Shown one piece after another: positions 39,756-53,271 of a stretch of 64,000 bases of DNA; the stretch's first letter is position 1; each line of letters opens with the position of its first letter. The stretch is from Ostrea edulis (taxonomy: Eukaryota), in contig NC_079172.1 in assembly GCF_947568905.1 (NCBI RefSeq), positions 36,704,001 through 36,768,000 of the forward strand. The letters are read 5' to 3'. The position numbers and the translations under genes are program-made. The notes under the pieces were generated by a model. The model was not told where the DNA came from. It saw only the letters and a program-made list of their open reading frames with translations, and did not search any database.

Positions 39756-42700
39756 TAAATACAGAACAATTTTGTTACCTTCTTGTCGTGCCATTTAAAA
39801 CCTAAATATTCTTTGTCTAACTCATGCATAACTATGTGATGATACGCACGTTTTAGATCAAATGCAAAAAAGTAATAACCCGATTGAAAAAAATATCTAA
39901 ACGTACTGGTATCCTCATACATGTACTTGTGTTTGAATTTAAACAAATGTGGATTGACACGCCTGCAGTCAAAAACCACCCTTTGTTTGAATTTATTACC
40001 TGCTACCACCAACGGGTTTACTGCCCTTGGTATTTTTATTTACTTTCAGAATACAACCTTTCTATACTATCTTTTTGATTTCTTTGGACACAAGCTGCTC
40101 ATTGTTAACTGCAAATTTGTCGTTCATCAAATCAATATGTCCCGGTGTAGTAACCAAAGGCATCTTATAACCAAAGTTCAAAACGTCAATAACAAAGCTA
40201 TTTGCTCCTATCGAACGCCATCGACCTACATTTTTCTTAATTGCCATGATTACCATTTTCAAAATTTTCACTTATCTTATTCTTTTTCAATTTTTCTGTG
40301 CAATCTTTCCTCCAGTGTCCCCTCTTGTTACAGCAGTAACAGTTCCCCGATCTCCAGATTCCCGTTGTTGTAGAGGTTGAATGTAAATCAGGTTTTAGAT
40401 ACGGTGGCACGGCCTCTCGATACTTTTCACGGCGTCGTTTTGAGCCCTTGACGTTTCGCTAACCTTTCGCCTGAACCTTGTTAATTTTCTTTTCATCCTT
40501 CGAGTCCGATGTGATTGGATTTTTCACATATTCATTGACAACTCTCCACCCTGCCTCAGACGAATCCGTAAGCCTGGTTAATTTTTGTCTATTCTTGACG
40601 ATATCCAAACCTTCTGCTATTCTCTGTTGAGCTTCTTCCACCTTGTGATCCTGCAGCTCTTTACTCGCGTCCTTGAATTTATTGTTGACGTGTGCTTGTA
40701 CTGCTCTTTGTTTTCCTTTTCTTGAATTTATGCCTGTCAGACAGAACTTCTTCGAATTTTGCTTCATGTTGTTCAGCTATACATTTCTTGTTATTAGATC
40801 TTTCCACCTTTCTGTGGAAAGACCCTTTGATATTCTTCTATTTTTATTATTATTTGTCTTCTTTTCTTTCCGCCGCGAGAAGCTTTTGACGTCTTAAGAC
40901 TTATCGAAAATCAATGTAGACCACCCTTTTCGAGATCTCAAAACATGCTCAGATTTGAACCTGCGTAGCTGAACTTTGACCTTTAACGAACTTAGAGGAC
41001 TTTACGCGAAAAACCCTTGTTATCAGTTCTTCTCGAAAACCGTGAATGATAGGAGCATCCGACGTGACTTGGTCCAATTGACATGGGAATTCAACCAAAG
41101 GATTCGAGGACCCTTTCAGGAAGTTAGTACCCCTCATGTTTTACGGTTTCTCCGTAAGAAATTGTCGACTCCTAAAGTATTCGTCGTAGAGACACCGAAC
41201 CCACTTGAACGGGTTGGGTGACCTTGACCTTGAAAAATAGGTCAAGGTCAAAGGTCAAGATCATCCCGAAAGACCAGAAAATGGCACTTTTTATACCCTC
41301 TTTCCCGCTTCAGATAGCAGTGAAATACCATATGGGTCAGCATGGAATTCTGGACTGGTCTGAGTATTACGAATTACAACTCTGAAATTTGACCACTCTG
41401 CGAATGTCGGCGACTTAACGTCGAAAACCCCATTATTGCTATTCATACTAAAACGAAAGTCATGGAGAGGCGAGACCTTCGCCGGCGAATTCACGATAAA
41501 ACACTCTCGCACAGAGAAGTTGACCGAGGGAAACAGAAAACCCTGAAGGACGGTTCTCTCCCCCGAAAGTTTCCGAAGTCGTCGTTGGAGCCCACAACTT
41601 TTTCACGGATGTAGATAGAGACGCGATACCACTTAAACGAAGTCCCGTGACCTCTCTGACCTTCAAAATGAGGCCAGGGTCAAAGGTCAAGGTCACATGT
41701 TCTCTCCCATGGGGTTTTTGAGGTTTGACCTTGAAAGTGGCTCAAGGTCAAAGGTCAAGGTCACACCTCCAGGACCAGTCTCCACGAGTAAGGCAAACCC
41801 ACACATCATGCCTGTCGTCCCCAAGGAAGAAATCCCCCACCCTTCAAGTGATCTGTCTGTGATCAGCTGTTTACACTATTTTGACCGGTCTCATGCCATG
41901 CAACAATTACAGAATTCTAGCTAATCTGACCTACACCTACACATCTGACCTAAACCAATTTCTTCTATTTCTTGACTGTCTTGTAAATCAAACATGAATT
42001 CCATTTACATTCATGAAAAGACATAGGCCAGATTCAATTGTCTGCCTGCATCAACATAAAGACTAAGTTGTTTTTTTTTTATAATGATGATGCAACTTTA
42101 CTCGACAGTTGAACTCATTGACATTCCATCCTGACTGTCATTGTAAACAAATAAACACTTACCTGCAGGGTCAGATGGGATGCAGTATTCCTATTCTCCG
42201 TTCAGATCCTACACTCAGAAACTTTTCCTTGAAACCCCGGCCGCCATTTTGTTTGGGGTAATTTGTCACTCAGCCTTAATCCGTATGCATGCCTCCTTGG
42301 TTGAAATGACTGAAAGACATTGTCTCCGTGAATTAGAACACATAGGATGAGCAATTACAAACTGTATATTCAATTCCACAATCCACAACACACACGGTAA
42401 AATCCAGTGCATCTTCACAACATCAACATGAGGCTTGTAGACTCCCAGCATGCACGAGCAGCTACAATCTCTGAAAATATGACATCCGGTTTCTTTGCAC
42501 CTCCAAATATCCTATCTAACAGGTCCAAAGTCACCCCAAACACCTGCACAAGTCCTATTACACTTTTACCTGATATGTGCCGCCTATGCAACACTCGCAC
42601 CCTTTTTTTCAAATATTTGACCGGTACTATCGTGCGAAACCAAGACCTTAATCTCCAACACTACAACACTCAAGGCGGCAAATTTGAATTTCTTTTCAAG

Positions 42701-43010
42701 CCAAATCAATTTTTTTTTCTTTTTTGGCCTCATTTGACCTACTGAAGAATGGATTAAGATCAAAGTTCAAGAAACAAATCCAGAAAAGGTGGAAAGACCT
42801 CTAATTGTTCGCGAACAATTAGGATTACTAGTTGTTAATACTTTTCTGCACATCTGATAATCTGCTGTCCCAAAGTTCTGAAAAACTGCTCAGAGAATTA
42901 TCATTATTCGCATGCTGTAAAGTTTGGTTGATTTTGTCTTTGAACGGCCTCGGCGTCCATTTCGTTTAACCCGCGGAGAACGGCGACTAGATGTGATTAC
43001 ATTAACAAAA
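39756..43010 (-). mobile_element. Second copy of the DIRS-like relic, interrupted by a HINE at 40794-42831
   Basis: Same gag and RT motifs as 16765-17930; homology resumes at 42832. Confidence 0.85.
40794..42831 (+). mobile_element. About 2.04-kb Helentron-type non-autonomous element (HINE)
   Basis: 5' subTIR and inverted repeat GATCTTTCCAC...GTGGAAAGACC with a T-rich microsatellite. 3' GGTGGAAAGACC, a perfect 22-bp palindrome CTAATTGTTCGCGAACAATTAG (42801-42822) and an ACTAG end. Inserted at TT with no TSD; empty site at about 17755. Confidence 0.85.
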
Positions 43011-46000
43011 CCTGCTCTTAAAACCCCTTACTAAGCATTTCTATTGGTCAGAACCTTAACACCATTCCATGGATCATACCACTATACAAGTTATATCATT
43101 TGAATACAAATAGTGAATACAACATTTTCCCGCTATATTATCGAAACACGGGAAAATATAAGTATTTTATCTCGAGTGTAATTTAATCATTCGTACTTTC
43201 TACATTCTATCGCGTACTTATACGTGATTTGTACATTCTCTCGCGTACTTTTACGTGATGTGTACGTTCTCTTGCGTACTTATACGTGATTCGTACGTTC
43301 TTTTGCGCAAACATACACAGCAGATCTTTATATGTCTAAGTACATAGCACTTTTTATGTAATTTGTACATTTTCTCACGTAAAAAGGTACCTTCTAATTT
43401 TATATATGTCTATTGCCTAAGTACATGCATATATTAACTTAATCTATACGTGATTTATACATTCTGTCTCGCATAAAAATACATATTAATTGTATCTATA
43501 CGTGAAAGGTACATACTATTGGAAATTAAACGAGAGTTACCTGTAAAGTGTTGTTTGTAATTATACAAAAACTATTGGAAAGGAATGGAAGAATCACATG
43601 AGATAACGTCAGTGTATCTAGCCTCAGTGTTTAAGTCTAATTAATAGCCGAAATGTACTTGAACGAAGGGTAGGAAAAAGGTTAGACATGCAGTTCATCC
43701 ATTCCATTCTAGTAATTAATTTGAATTACAATCAAATATCAGCTTACTAAGCCTTACAGGTACATGTCTCGTATAATTTCCAATTCTACTTCATCACTGT
43801 ACATGCTATTACGTAACCACATGAAATTGTCAAGCTTTAAATGCGTCACAGAATTTAATATTTCTCGAGCCTTGGCGGGGGAAATATTCAAATCCAATAA
43901 CGAATTTCATAAATTCCATATGTCATAGGCACGAGTGTAAGATTTAATTTATCACACAAGTATTCTTCAACGCAATATATTCCATTTGTTTATTTCACAA
44001 CCCGACTGTCACAGAATTGTTTTGCTTTCAATTTGATTGTGACGTCGTCGCGACGTCACGGTTTCAAGAAACTTGAAATTATTTTCACTTCATAAAAGAC
44101 AAAAAATCCCATTGGAACAACCGTGGTGACAAAACAAAGTCTTTTACCGGCAATGTTAACAATTTCAAAGGATGACATGTTGTTTTCTTCAGGTGGCGCA
44201 TGAATGATCAACTTACCTAATTTGCATAGTTATGAACCTGTGTTACGGGTTTATATCATTTTTTCGAACCCGTGTCATGAACCTGGGAAAAGTACCGTTG
44301 TGTGATAATACAAATTAATTGATGATAATATGTTTTGTTCTTAAGTAAATATATACATCATTACATATGAACAGGGTATTTTTAGTTATCAGAACACTTT
44401 TATAAAGTCTGTCCCAAGCATGCCAAAGATAGCTAGTTAATGCACTGACATGCCGATGTATTCCTCAAATGCGTAACATTTACAAAACTATCCGTGCTCA
44501 TGAACCGGTAAAACAATTAAATTTAAAAAAACCTACTTCTTTAAGAAAAGAGTCAATTCTAGATTCTAAATACGAATCAGTCAATTCCAGATTGTTACCG
44601 GTCACGTTTGTTTCAAAGTGCTAAAATCATATCGGGCACTGTCTTCAACTTCGATAAACCCAGGCAAATTTCGTCAAAATCAAATGATTTCATCCAGTCC
44701 AGTACAACTGCGACATCCGGAATTTCTGAATATCTAGGAAAAGATGTTTCCTATCAAGCACCTTTAAGAAATCCTTTTTAATAGTGCATGCTGTTTCATA
44801 CGATGATGAACAGCATCAACATTAGTCACTCCTTGCTGTATTGACACCAGGAATGACTTTCCGGTCCACCACAGAATGTCTTCCATTTACATAGATAACA
44901 CACATATTATTTTTTCTATTCACGAAGACAACAATATGTCTTTAGTTTCGTCCAATGAGTAACTACTTTGGATTGATCTCCAGATCTCAAAAGAAATCAG
45001 TGGGTTAAAAGTTTACCAATTTGGGAATTTTTCGTCAACTCTAGAATGTGGTGGCCAGTCTGGCATTATTAAGGTATCGTATAGCCGGTTTTTGACAGAT
45101 ATATAATTCCTGCGTTCAAAAAAAAGAGCTACATGTATATGGTACTTGTTGCTTGATCTAACGTCATTTTCTGAAAAACTGATATTATCATACAGAACGG
45201 GAGAAAACAATACAATCTCAATCCAAAGCAAGAAATAGAAAAAGACATATATTGTGAAGGGTTTACAGTCGCAGTGTTTATATTTTTTTCTAATTGATGA
45301 TATTGCGTGTACATTAGCATAGCAAATAAATCAATATTTGGACTAACATTAAACATTTCAATGGCTCATTGAAAAACCTGTTTATCAAGCATTAATTTAT
45401 GTATTTTCTTGTTTGAATGTCTTCTTTCCAAAACTGCGTTGTAGTTTTATTTTACCTGGGATATGAGCAGCTATAAGCCAAATATATGCTAAATGTATGC
45501 CCATATTCATATTTTCTAACCGTTCTATCGCTCTCTAACGAACGAGTAAATCCTTTTTCTCATATATATATGTGTTACGCCAGTTGTATGGTCAGCTTCA
45601 ACTTTAACGTGCTTGTCTTGTCTGTCATTCCATGTTGCCTGCAGTGAGGAAAAAACGCTTAGAGGTCTAAAACATTAAGATGATGATTGAGTTGAATCTT
45701 CCTATGGTATACATATAGATGTATTAATTGATTGAAGGTTACACGTTTAGTCAATCAAACCTGCAATGCTTATGAAATCTGGTAACCTCGGTTCATGGGT
45801 ACTTTAGAACCAACAATGTTCAGCTTCCACTGCTGCAAGTCTTTCCTACTTAGATTTTATCAATGAATTTCATATTGAACCTTTGATTCCTGTAAAGCCG
45901 AAATTTTCTTATTCTGTAATTGCCTATAAACTGCTCAGGTTGAGCTAGAAAACATAATACAAAATTCCCAATGACAGTGCTAATAATTTCTTTTGTATGA

Positions 46001-46488
46001 AAACGTTAAAATATCGAACTGTAGTCAATCTCATAACTCCTGTAAAAGTATAAAATTAAGAGTAGGAGACACACGTACCCTTGGGTATAACAGAGATGGG
46101 ATCAGGGGCCCAGGAGAAATGTTGTATAGAAAGGAGTTATGAAAATGATCACTGTTTGTTATATTCACCTTTTCATACAATCAACAGACAACAATGCCAG
46201 TCTCTTATTATATGTTCAGATATGTTATGATATCCTAGGCACCTGATCCCACTTCTGGTATATCCAAGGGTCCGTGTTTGCTCAACTTTCTATTTTGTAT
46301 TGCTTATAGGAGTTATGAGATTGATCACTGTTCGTTATCTTCACCTTGCATTACGTCTACCATCGATGTTTTTTGTATGTATTGCAAGATATATATCCAA
46401 CAAACTTACTCTACTGCAATGGAAATCGTATAAGTCCCCGTAAAAAGATCTAATGTTAACTGTTTTAACTATTTACTATATTTAGTTT

Positions 46489-46751
46489 GGGGATCCGGGT
46501 TAGAATAGATCCTCAGTACCCCTTTGCCTGTCGTAAGAGGTGACTAAATGGGGCGGTCTTTCAGATGAGACCGCTAAAACCGAGGTCCCGTGTCACAGCA
46601 GGCGTGGCACGATACAGACCCCTCCCTGCTCAATGGCCATAAGCGCTAAGCATAGGCCTAAATTTTGCAGCCCTTCACCTGCAGTGGTGACGTCTCCATA
46701 TGAGTGAAATATTCTCGAGGAGGACGTTAAACAATAATCAATCGATCAATC
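46489..46751 (+). mobile_element. Near full-length SINE-like non-autonomous retroposon with (CAAT)n tail
   Basis: GGGGATCCGGGTTAGAATAG...GTCGTAAGAGGTGACTAA...GACGTTAAACAATAATCAATC. Absent from the paralogous site at about 22160; two other copies occur in the window. Confidence 0.75.
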
Positions 46752-46774
46752 TTATATGAGTGAGTTTTCTCAAA

Positions 46775-47258
46775 TTCCCTAGACTAGCTATGTAGTACCT
46801 CCTGCTGACTAGAAATAATAAAATCTACAGGCTAGCTTTGTAGTTCTTCATGATAACTAGAAATTATGAAATCCTGAGACTAGTTTTGTATTACCTGTTG
46901 ACAAGAAATCATAAAATCCCTCAACTAGCTTTGCAGTATCTATTGATGTCTAGAAATTATAAAAATCCTCAGTCTAGCTTTGTAGTATCTCATAATGACG
47001 AGGCATTATAATTTCCATAGTCTAGCTTTACAGTACAGTTTGGTCACTAGACATTATAAAATCCATAGTCTAGCTTTACAGTACATTTTGGTCATTAGAA
47101 ATCATAAAATCCTTAGTATAGCTTTTAGTATATCTTAATGACGAGACATTATAAAATCCCTCGACTAGCTTTTCAGTATCTGTTGATGTCTAGAAATTAT
47201 AAAATCCTTAGTCTAGCTTTGTAGTACAGCCTGATAACTCGACATTATAAAATTCAAA
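46775..47258. repeat. About 48-bp minisatellite, about 10 units
   Basis: Consensus CTAGAAATTATAAAATCCTTAGTCTAGCTTTGTAGTA...TGA, recurring at about 48-bp spacing. Confidence 0.9.
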
Positions 47259-50200
47259 ATTGATGTATACTATATTCTTTGAACGTATTATGGATATTAT
47301 TTTGAGTCTTTAGACCACGATCTCTCTGCATGGAAGGTTTCACATGAAATGAGTATTTCAAGTATTTCAATCCCAGGAAAGACTGGATCTTTTCTGCAGT
47401 TTTTTTTTATTCTAGCAGATGTTGCAAAGAATTTCTTATTCTTATGATTTGGATTGAAATTCATCGTGAGGAAGACATTTTATGTCATATATAGATATCG
47501 AGTGATACGATAAAAATATAACATTTGATTGATATATCAACTGACACTGTATCAGAAGGCCATATATTCCGAACATCTCCGTCCTAGAAAATTAATTAGG
47601 CCAAGGATATCTGAATCACATCTTTGTGATATCGTTATGATCCTCGTTAGTTTCGTTCTCTGTATTCGATTATTTATTATTTTACACGAATATGCATGTG
47701 AACATCTTCACTTTGTTACTAAATTATAGAGTAATTTGTCACGGTAAGCTGGAGAGTTCTAAAAATTACGTTCGTAGCTCAAAAATATTGGTGCAGTGTC
47801 TTCTCTATCCATAACAACTCATACATTTTTGGTTACGCGTTATATTATTAAGTTAATAAAAAAATCCGCATTTACGATATTTGTCTTAAGGTAACTCCAT
47901 ACCCGTATTGTTATCTCAAAAAAGTCTAGAACGTGTTTTATTAGAGTTTCTTTAAACTACTCAATTCCAGTATTGTGCAGTAGCGACATCAGCAAAAGAT
48001 AATTTCATTTCACAAGAACCGATTTCGTGGTTTCTTAAAACAAAGTCTTACGATAAGACCCCCCCCCCTTATTAAATGTTGAACGTCTTTCGAATTTCTC
48101 AAAGACACATGATGATAATAATGAAATTCAGAAAGCTGACGACAGGGAAGCCAAATTCATCCCATTTGTCATAAACATCATTTGATAACTTATATGTATA
48201 TTACAATCCTCCCGGTCTTTCTGTGATTGCCTCTACTTATGCATTATATGAAAGGCGAATATTATGAATAGTGATCAATCTCAGAAATTGTTCAAATATT
48301 ATGACCATATGTGTCAACAGGTGGAATGCAGAACAAAAATATAGCAATATTGTACAGATCCTATTTAAAGGATGAACAATTACAATGGTAATGTTTAAAC
48401 ACTGTCTCAAAGTAACTAGATTCGCTTACAGAATTTTAAAACCTTTTTTGATATCAAATGAATTTCTAAAACCAAACCTAGAAATCTACTCATTGTTCCA
48501 TTTGAATGAGAAACATTGTTGAAGTAATTTTGAGCATGCCATTGTTTGGTATGTGGGCGATTCTTTCATTTCATTCACAAACTGGCAAAATATTTTCCCA
48601 TGTGATTTTTTTTCAAATGATTACGATGTGTCTTGAAAGTTTGAATTGATTCTGTGTCTACACTTTAAAAGCTTACTAGAAAAAAATATAAATCCGTTTG
48701 GTCTAACAACACAACTCAAAATTAATCAATGTTAATTGCCCAATTACCTCATTACAATGACGTGACGGTAATCTCATATATTAAGTTAGTGTTGGAATTT
48801 TGAATATATTTCTTAGAAAGGTTTGGAAAATAACGTAATTTAAACTTTTTACTTATTTTCTAAAGAAAACTAATTGAATGCATGGAATACATTGTGGGGA
48901 AAACCACTCATGGAATTATTTTTGAAAGAAAATATTTTGTCTATCAAAACATGTTCCATGCCGTAACGCTTCTATTTTCTGCACTTATGATACACCCATG
49001 AACTTCATTGACATATTTCCCGACACTGCAACATTTTATGATGTCATATTAAAACACATGTAATACTTTCTGAATGATGGTTACCAGTGAATGCAAGAAG
49101 GCAGCAAATAAGTACATTTTCTTCAGTTGTGGTTAATTAACGTTATCTGTACCGTTCATTGATTTTTGTTTAAATTTGATTAAATAGTCCCTAGCAAACA
49201 ACGATATAGACACATTCATTCAATTAATTTCCAAAGTAACAAGAATTGCTAAATTAGGGCATGATTTGAAAAATATATATGGGAAAATGTAAGAAAATAT
49301 CCATACCGCAACACTCCATACCGTCACATCAGTAACAATAGCGGTACGGATCTATGTTGTGACGGTATGGAAATTCTTTCAATTAAGTTAATAAAATTGA
49401 TATTATAATTGGAAATTATTTTCAAAATGGCAAATATATAGGTTTTTTAAAAAAACAAAAAATGACATGAATTTGCTGAAACAGAAAAAGAAATACATGA
49501 ATTAGACATATGGTTTCAAAAGCTTAAATCTGGTGCAGTGGCCCATGTCAGAATGTTGTGTAAGTCTAAGAATGTATGATCTCACAGGGTAAGGGTTCTT
49601 ACTACTTGTTATATATTTATATATATAAAGATAAGTCAACGTTACCGTAGAAAACAGCCAATCTGCATAGCAATGGTAAAACCGGCAGCTAATGAAAAAA
49701 TGTATAACATACAAGCTACATGTATCTGTCCTGTTTTGTCCAGCCAAATGTGCTTGTTTCATTCCCTCTGAACACATTTTTCATGAAATTATTCAAGAAC
49801 GCAATGAATCAGAGCAGTCTACAGAAATTGGCATAAGTTGTAATGGAAATGTGACAGCAGAATGGAAAGGTGAAGATAACGAACATTGATCAATCTAAAA
49901 CTCCTGTAAGGAATACAAGATAAAGAGTTGGGCAAACATGGACTCTGGACAGGATATACCAGAGGTGATTTCAGATGCCGAGGAGGAGTAAGCATCAGAT
50001 TCTCAAGATAGCAAGATAATGAAGGTTACAGTTGGAGATGCAGAACTTATAGGGAAGTGCATCTTCGCAAGTCAATTGTTTCTGATACGCTCCGCTCCAT
50101 ATATGTTTATGTGGAGTGGATCATATCAGAAACCCTTGACTTGGGGAAAATGAGGGAAGTGGTGCGTTGTTGAGTCTGATAGAAAACTTTACCCAGGTAC

Positions 50201-53200
50201 AATTTTGGGACTAGACCATGATTCAGTATAGATCATGAGCCTTTAGAAACATGTATCAAAATGAAATGTAGAAATTGGACATGCACCCAAGCAATAATTC
50301 GTGCAACTGTTGGAGTATACAATGTATATGAATGCGATTGAGTGTGCTTGGTGATCGGACTTATTTGATTAATGTATAGAAGTTGAGATATGAACTAAAA
50401 GATGAGTTAACTTCTGTTATTTTGATCAGTTGAGAATTAATGTGTGATGTTGCATTATTTGACAATTTCTTTCATAGTAAATTCCCTGATAGAATATCTC
50501 AGTTTGTTAATCAGTCTGTTATTCTGTACCGTAGCATTGATGTCTTACCGTCACAATGCATATTTTAACTAGCAACCTCTTAAAAGCAATGTACAATTAT
50601 CATCATAATCTTTCAGAGGAACAATTATCTTATGGGATTTCCTGTATGATATAAACAGCTTTGATCTCTGTTCAAATTTGACCGCAAATCTAAGCTTTTT
50701 AAGTTCTTAAACGGGGGAAAATTCAACTTTCCGTACCATCACCAAATTTCTTGATAAAAGATTATTTCAATTTAATTATCTTTTATAAAAGAATTATACG
50801 ATGACTGTGCATCTCATCATTTTAGGCCAATTTAAATGTTTAACACCCAATAAATAATTACAAAACAAATTTAACAATTATATATGTTACGGTATAAAAT
50901 TTTTTTAACACGTAACGTCGAGAATGACGTCATTACGTAAAATCCGTAAGTCCAAGTGTGTGGTCAAACAACATTTGACAACTTTAAACTTCATAATATT
51001 AGATTATAACTGAAAACTCGGAAACAATTAACCTCAAATAAAAATCAATACCCATTCTGAAATGCTAACTCAACGAGAGAATAGCCCATGTTTGTGATTG
51101 TCTCAATGGTTAGATAAACTATGTTCATATCATGTAGTTGTCCTTGATTTCTATTTAACAATCACTTCTATTGCAATACACGCATGTGTTTATTGCGCCG
51201 GTGTGGCATGATTTCCGTTCCCGATAATTAAGCTTTCCTATTGAAACTAGATATAGAGATGATATTGGTTGCAGGTTATAATACAAGCTCCGGCCCGCAT
51301 AGTTCTAGGCAAATACCAATTCCCGAAATATTGAATGTTTAACAAAATATGTCATGGTTTTTTGAGGCGGATTGCGATAGCGAGAAGACTCATATGTTCA
51401 CCGGCACTTCATTTCCGACTTTGAGCACAAATGTTTGTTGATACATACGTGAGATAATGCAAATAATTCTTAATATCTAGCCATTGAAATTTCGGCAAAA
51501 TATGGGAAATATTGTGCATATCAAAGTGGTTGGTTTAAACACACTATTGGTTATTGTGTTCTTGCATTTAAAAGCAGCGTTACCTAATTTCAATATGTTC
51601 GTTATCATTTGGTTTGGAGACAACTCGAACGTGCATGAATCCGTTATGTACATTGTTCAATCTCTACCCAGAGTTATCGTTCCTTCGCAGCACACCTAAG
51701 GTGGCACGCGGAAATTTTGTCGAAAATATGCTATCGAAAAACATCTTTATTAGGACGGATCGAATATTTTGGAACTTTACTGATATTGGATGAATTTATG
51801 ATCGACTAAAAATACACAATCAGGACAATTATATTTTATATTTAGACTGAGCACGTAATTCGGTGTCGGATGGTTTTAGAAAATATGCCTGTGATATTGA
51901 TGTCATCAATGGATTTCGATATTGTGAGGGTATAATGATGTTGAAATTCAACTTTAATACATGAACGTTTTTAACAGCCTCTGTAGTTATGAAAACGCTG
52001 CAGAGTTCTAGAGATTCCGATTGATAATTGTTGAAATAATATTGTATCACGTGTTGAATATTATGCCGGTTTATGTTTTATTTTAATTTGAAATGAATAA
52101 GTCATTTCTAAAATGTTATCAGGATAGCAGCATTTTTCAAATAGTCTAATGTTTCTTTGGTTTACTCATTATCAAGAAATCGATTTGTAAAACCCACCCA
52201 TTTGCCAACTTATCAACAATAAAGCATTAATGTTTTCCTACAGTATAGATAGAAAATATTTCAGAGAATTTATAAGAAAGGCATTGTTCTAAAATTAACA
52301 GGCTTATAAATATCTGCAAACATTTCTCCATTTAAGTGTAAAATATTTTTTTCACGAAGAAAATATAGTTGATCCACCACTTCTTGCAAATGAAATGCAT
52401 CAGACTATCATGATGATGTCATGATGACAAGCGCATCGTGATCAAATGTTTGCCTATATATCAGGGTGTCAGATTACATTAACAACACAGAATTCCCGTT
52501 GAATGGTAAGTTTTTGTGTAGTGCAGTACTTCCGTGCTATTTAGAAACATTAATTATTTTCCTGATGTTTTGAATGATTGTGATATTTTGTTGTTAATGT
52601 GTGATGTCACAAATACACATCCCTGTATAGATTGGGACACGCCTCCTTACTGGAATCTTAACTGTGCTGTGTTACAATCGCCTTATCAGTGTTATTCCAC
52701 ATGTAAATCCATTATTCTAACGGAATTCTGACGAAAATATATCTGGAATGCTTAAACGAAATATATATTTGCTTTGTTTAAATAAATGAGCAACGAACTA
52801 GTTAAAACATCATTTACATACGCACGTGTTATGTTTTTGCGATAATACTTCATGTAAACAGAATGAAGAAAGAGATGATCAAGATATTTGAAGACTGCAG
52901 GAAACTAATTTGTATCGATACCCTCTACGAATAGTGTCCGCGCTGTTACTGTTTTAAGGTATTTTGCGGATGTAAAACAGATGTAAAACTTGTCTTTTGA
53001 TGTTTGACATACAAGTACAAATAAATGATAATCTCATGTAGATATGCTGGGTACCAAGGATAATCAGCTTTCATATTGAACTTTTATGTTTACACAATGT
53101 TTGAAGCTTTTATGGGTAAATTCCTCTAGCTGATGTGTCGTGATCCTGGTTTGTGACATTACATTTCAATAGATATCTAGTGAAGCATAATATGCATGCT

Positions 53201-53271
53201 TTACAATACTTTAAAGATTCAGAATTAAACTCATAAGACGGTGCTGTATACCTTATCCCCTTGTTGGAAAT

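Larger units (their letters stand above)
31222..48335. repeat. Segmental duplication B, copy 2
   Basis: Matches 10205-24340 as above. Carries an extra 4.1-kb segment (32058-36146) and a HINE insertion. Confidence 0.95.

Noticed and set aside
42738-42795. CTGAAGA...TGGAT...ATCCAGAAA near the HINE end
   Set aside because: Lacks stem III and the NUH triplet; overlaps the subTIR, so likely coincidence.
46489-46560. Possible HDV-like ribozyme at the 5' end of the SINE-like repeat
   Set aside because: I could see hairpins but could not build the nested double pseudoknot by hand; it needs an RNArobo or Infernal search.
49506-49559. 54-nt AG...GTAAGT segment
   Set aside because: No polypyrimidine tract and a stop codon in the phase-2 frame.
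52465-52505. Possible exon ending AATG|GTAAGT (41 nt or 33 nt)
   Set aside because: Not LRR-like and not phase 2-2; weak acceptor for the 33-nt version; no supporting homology.
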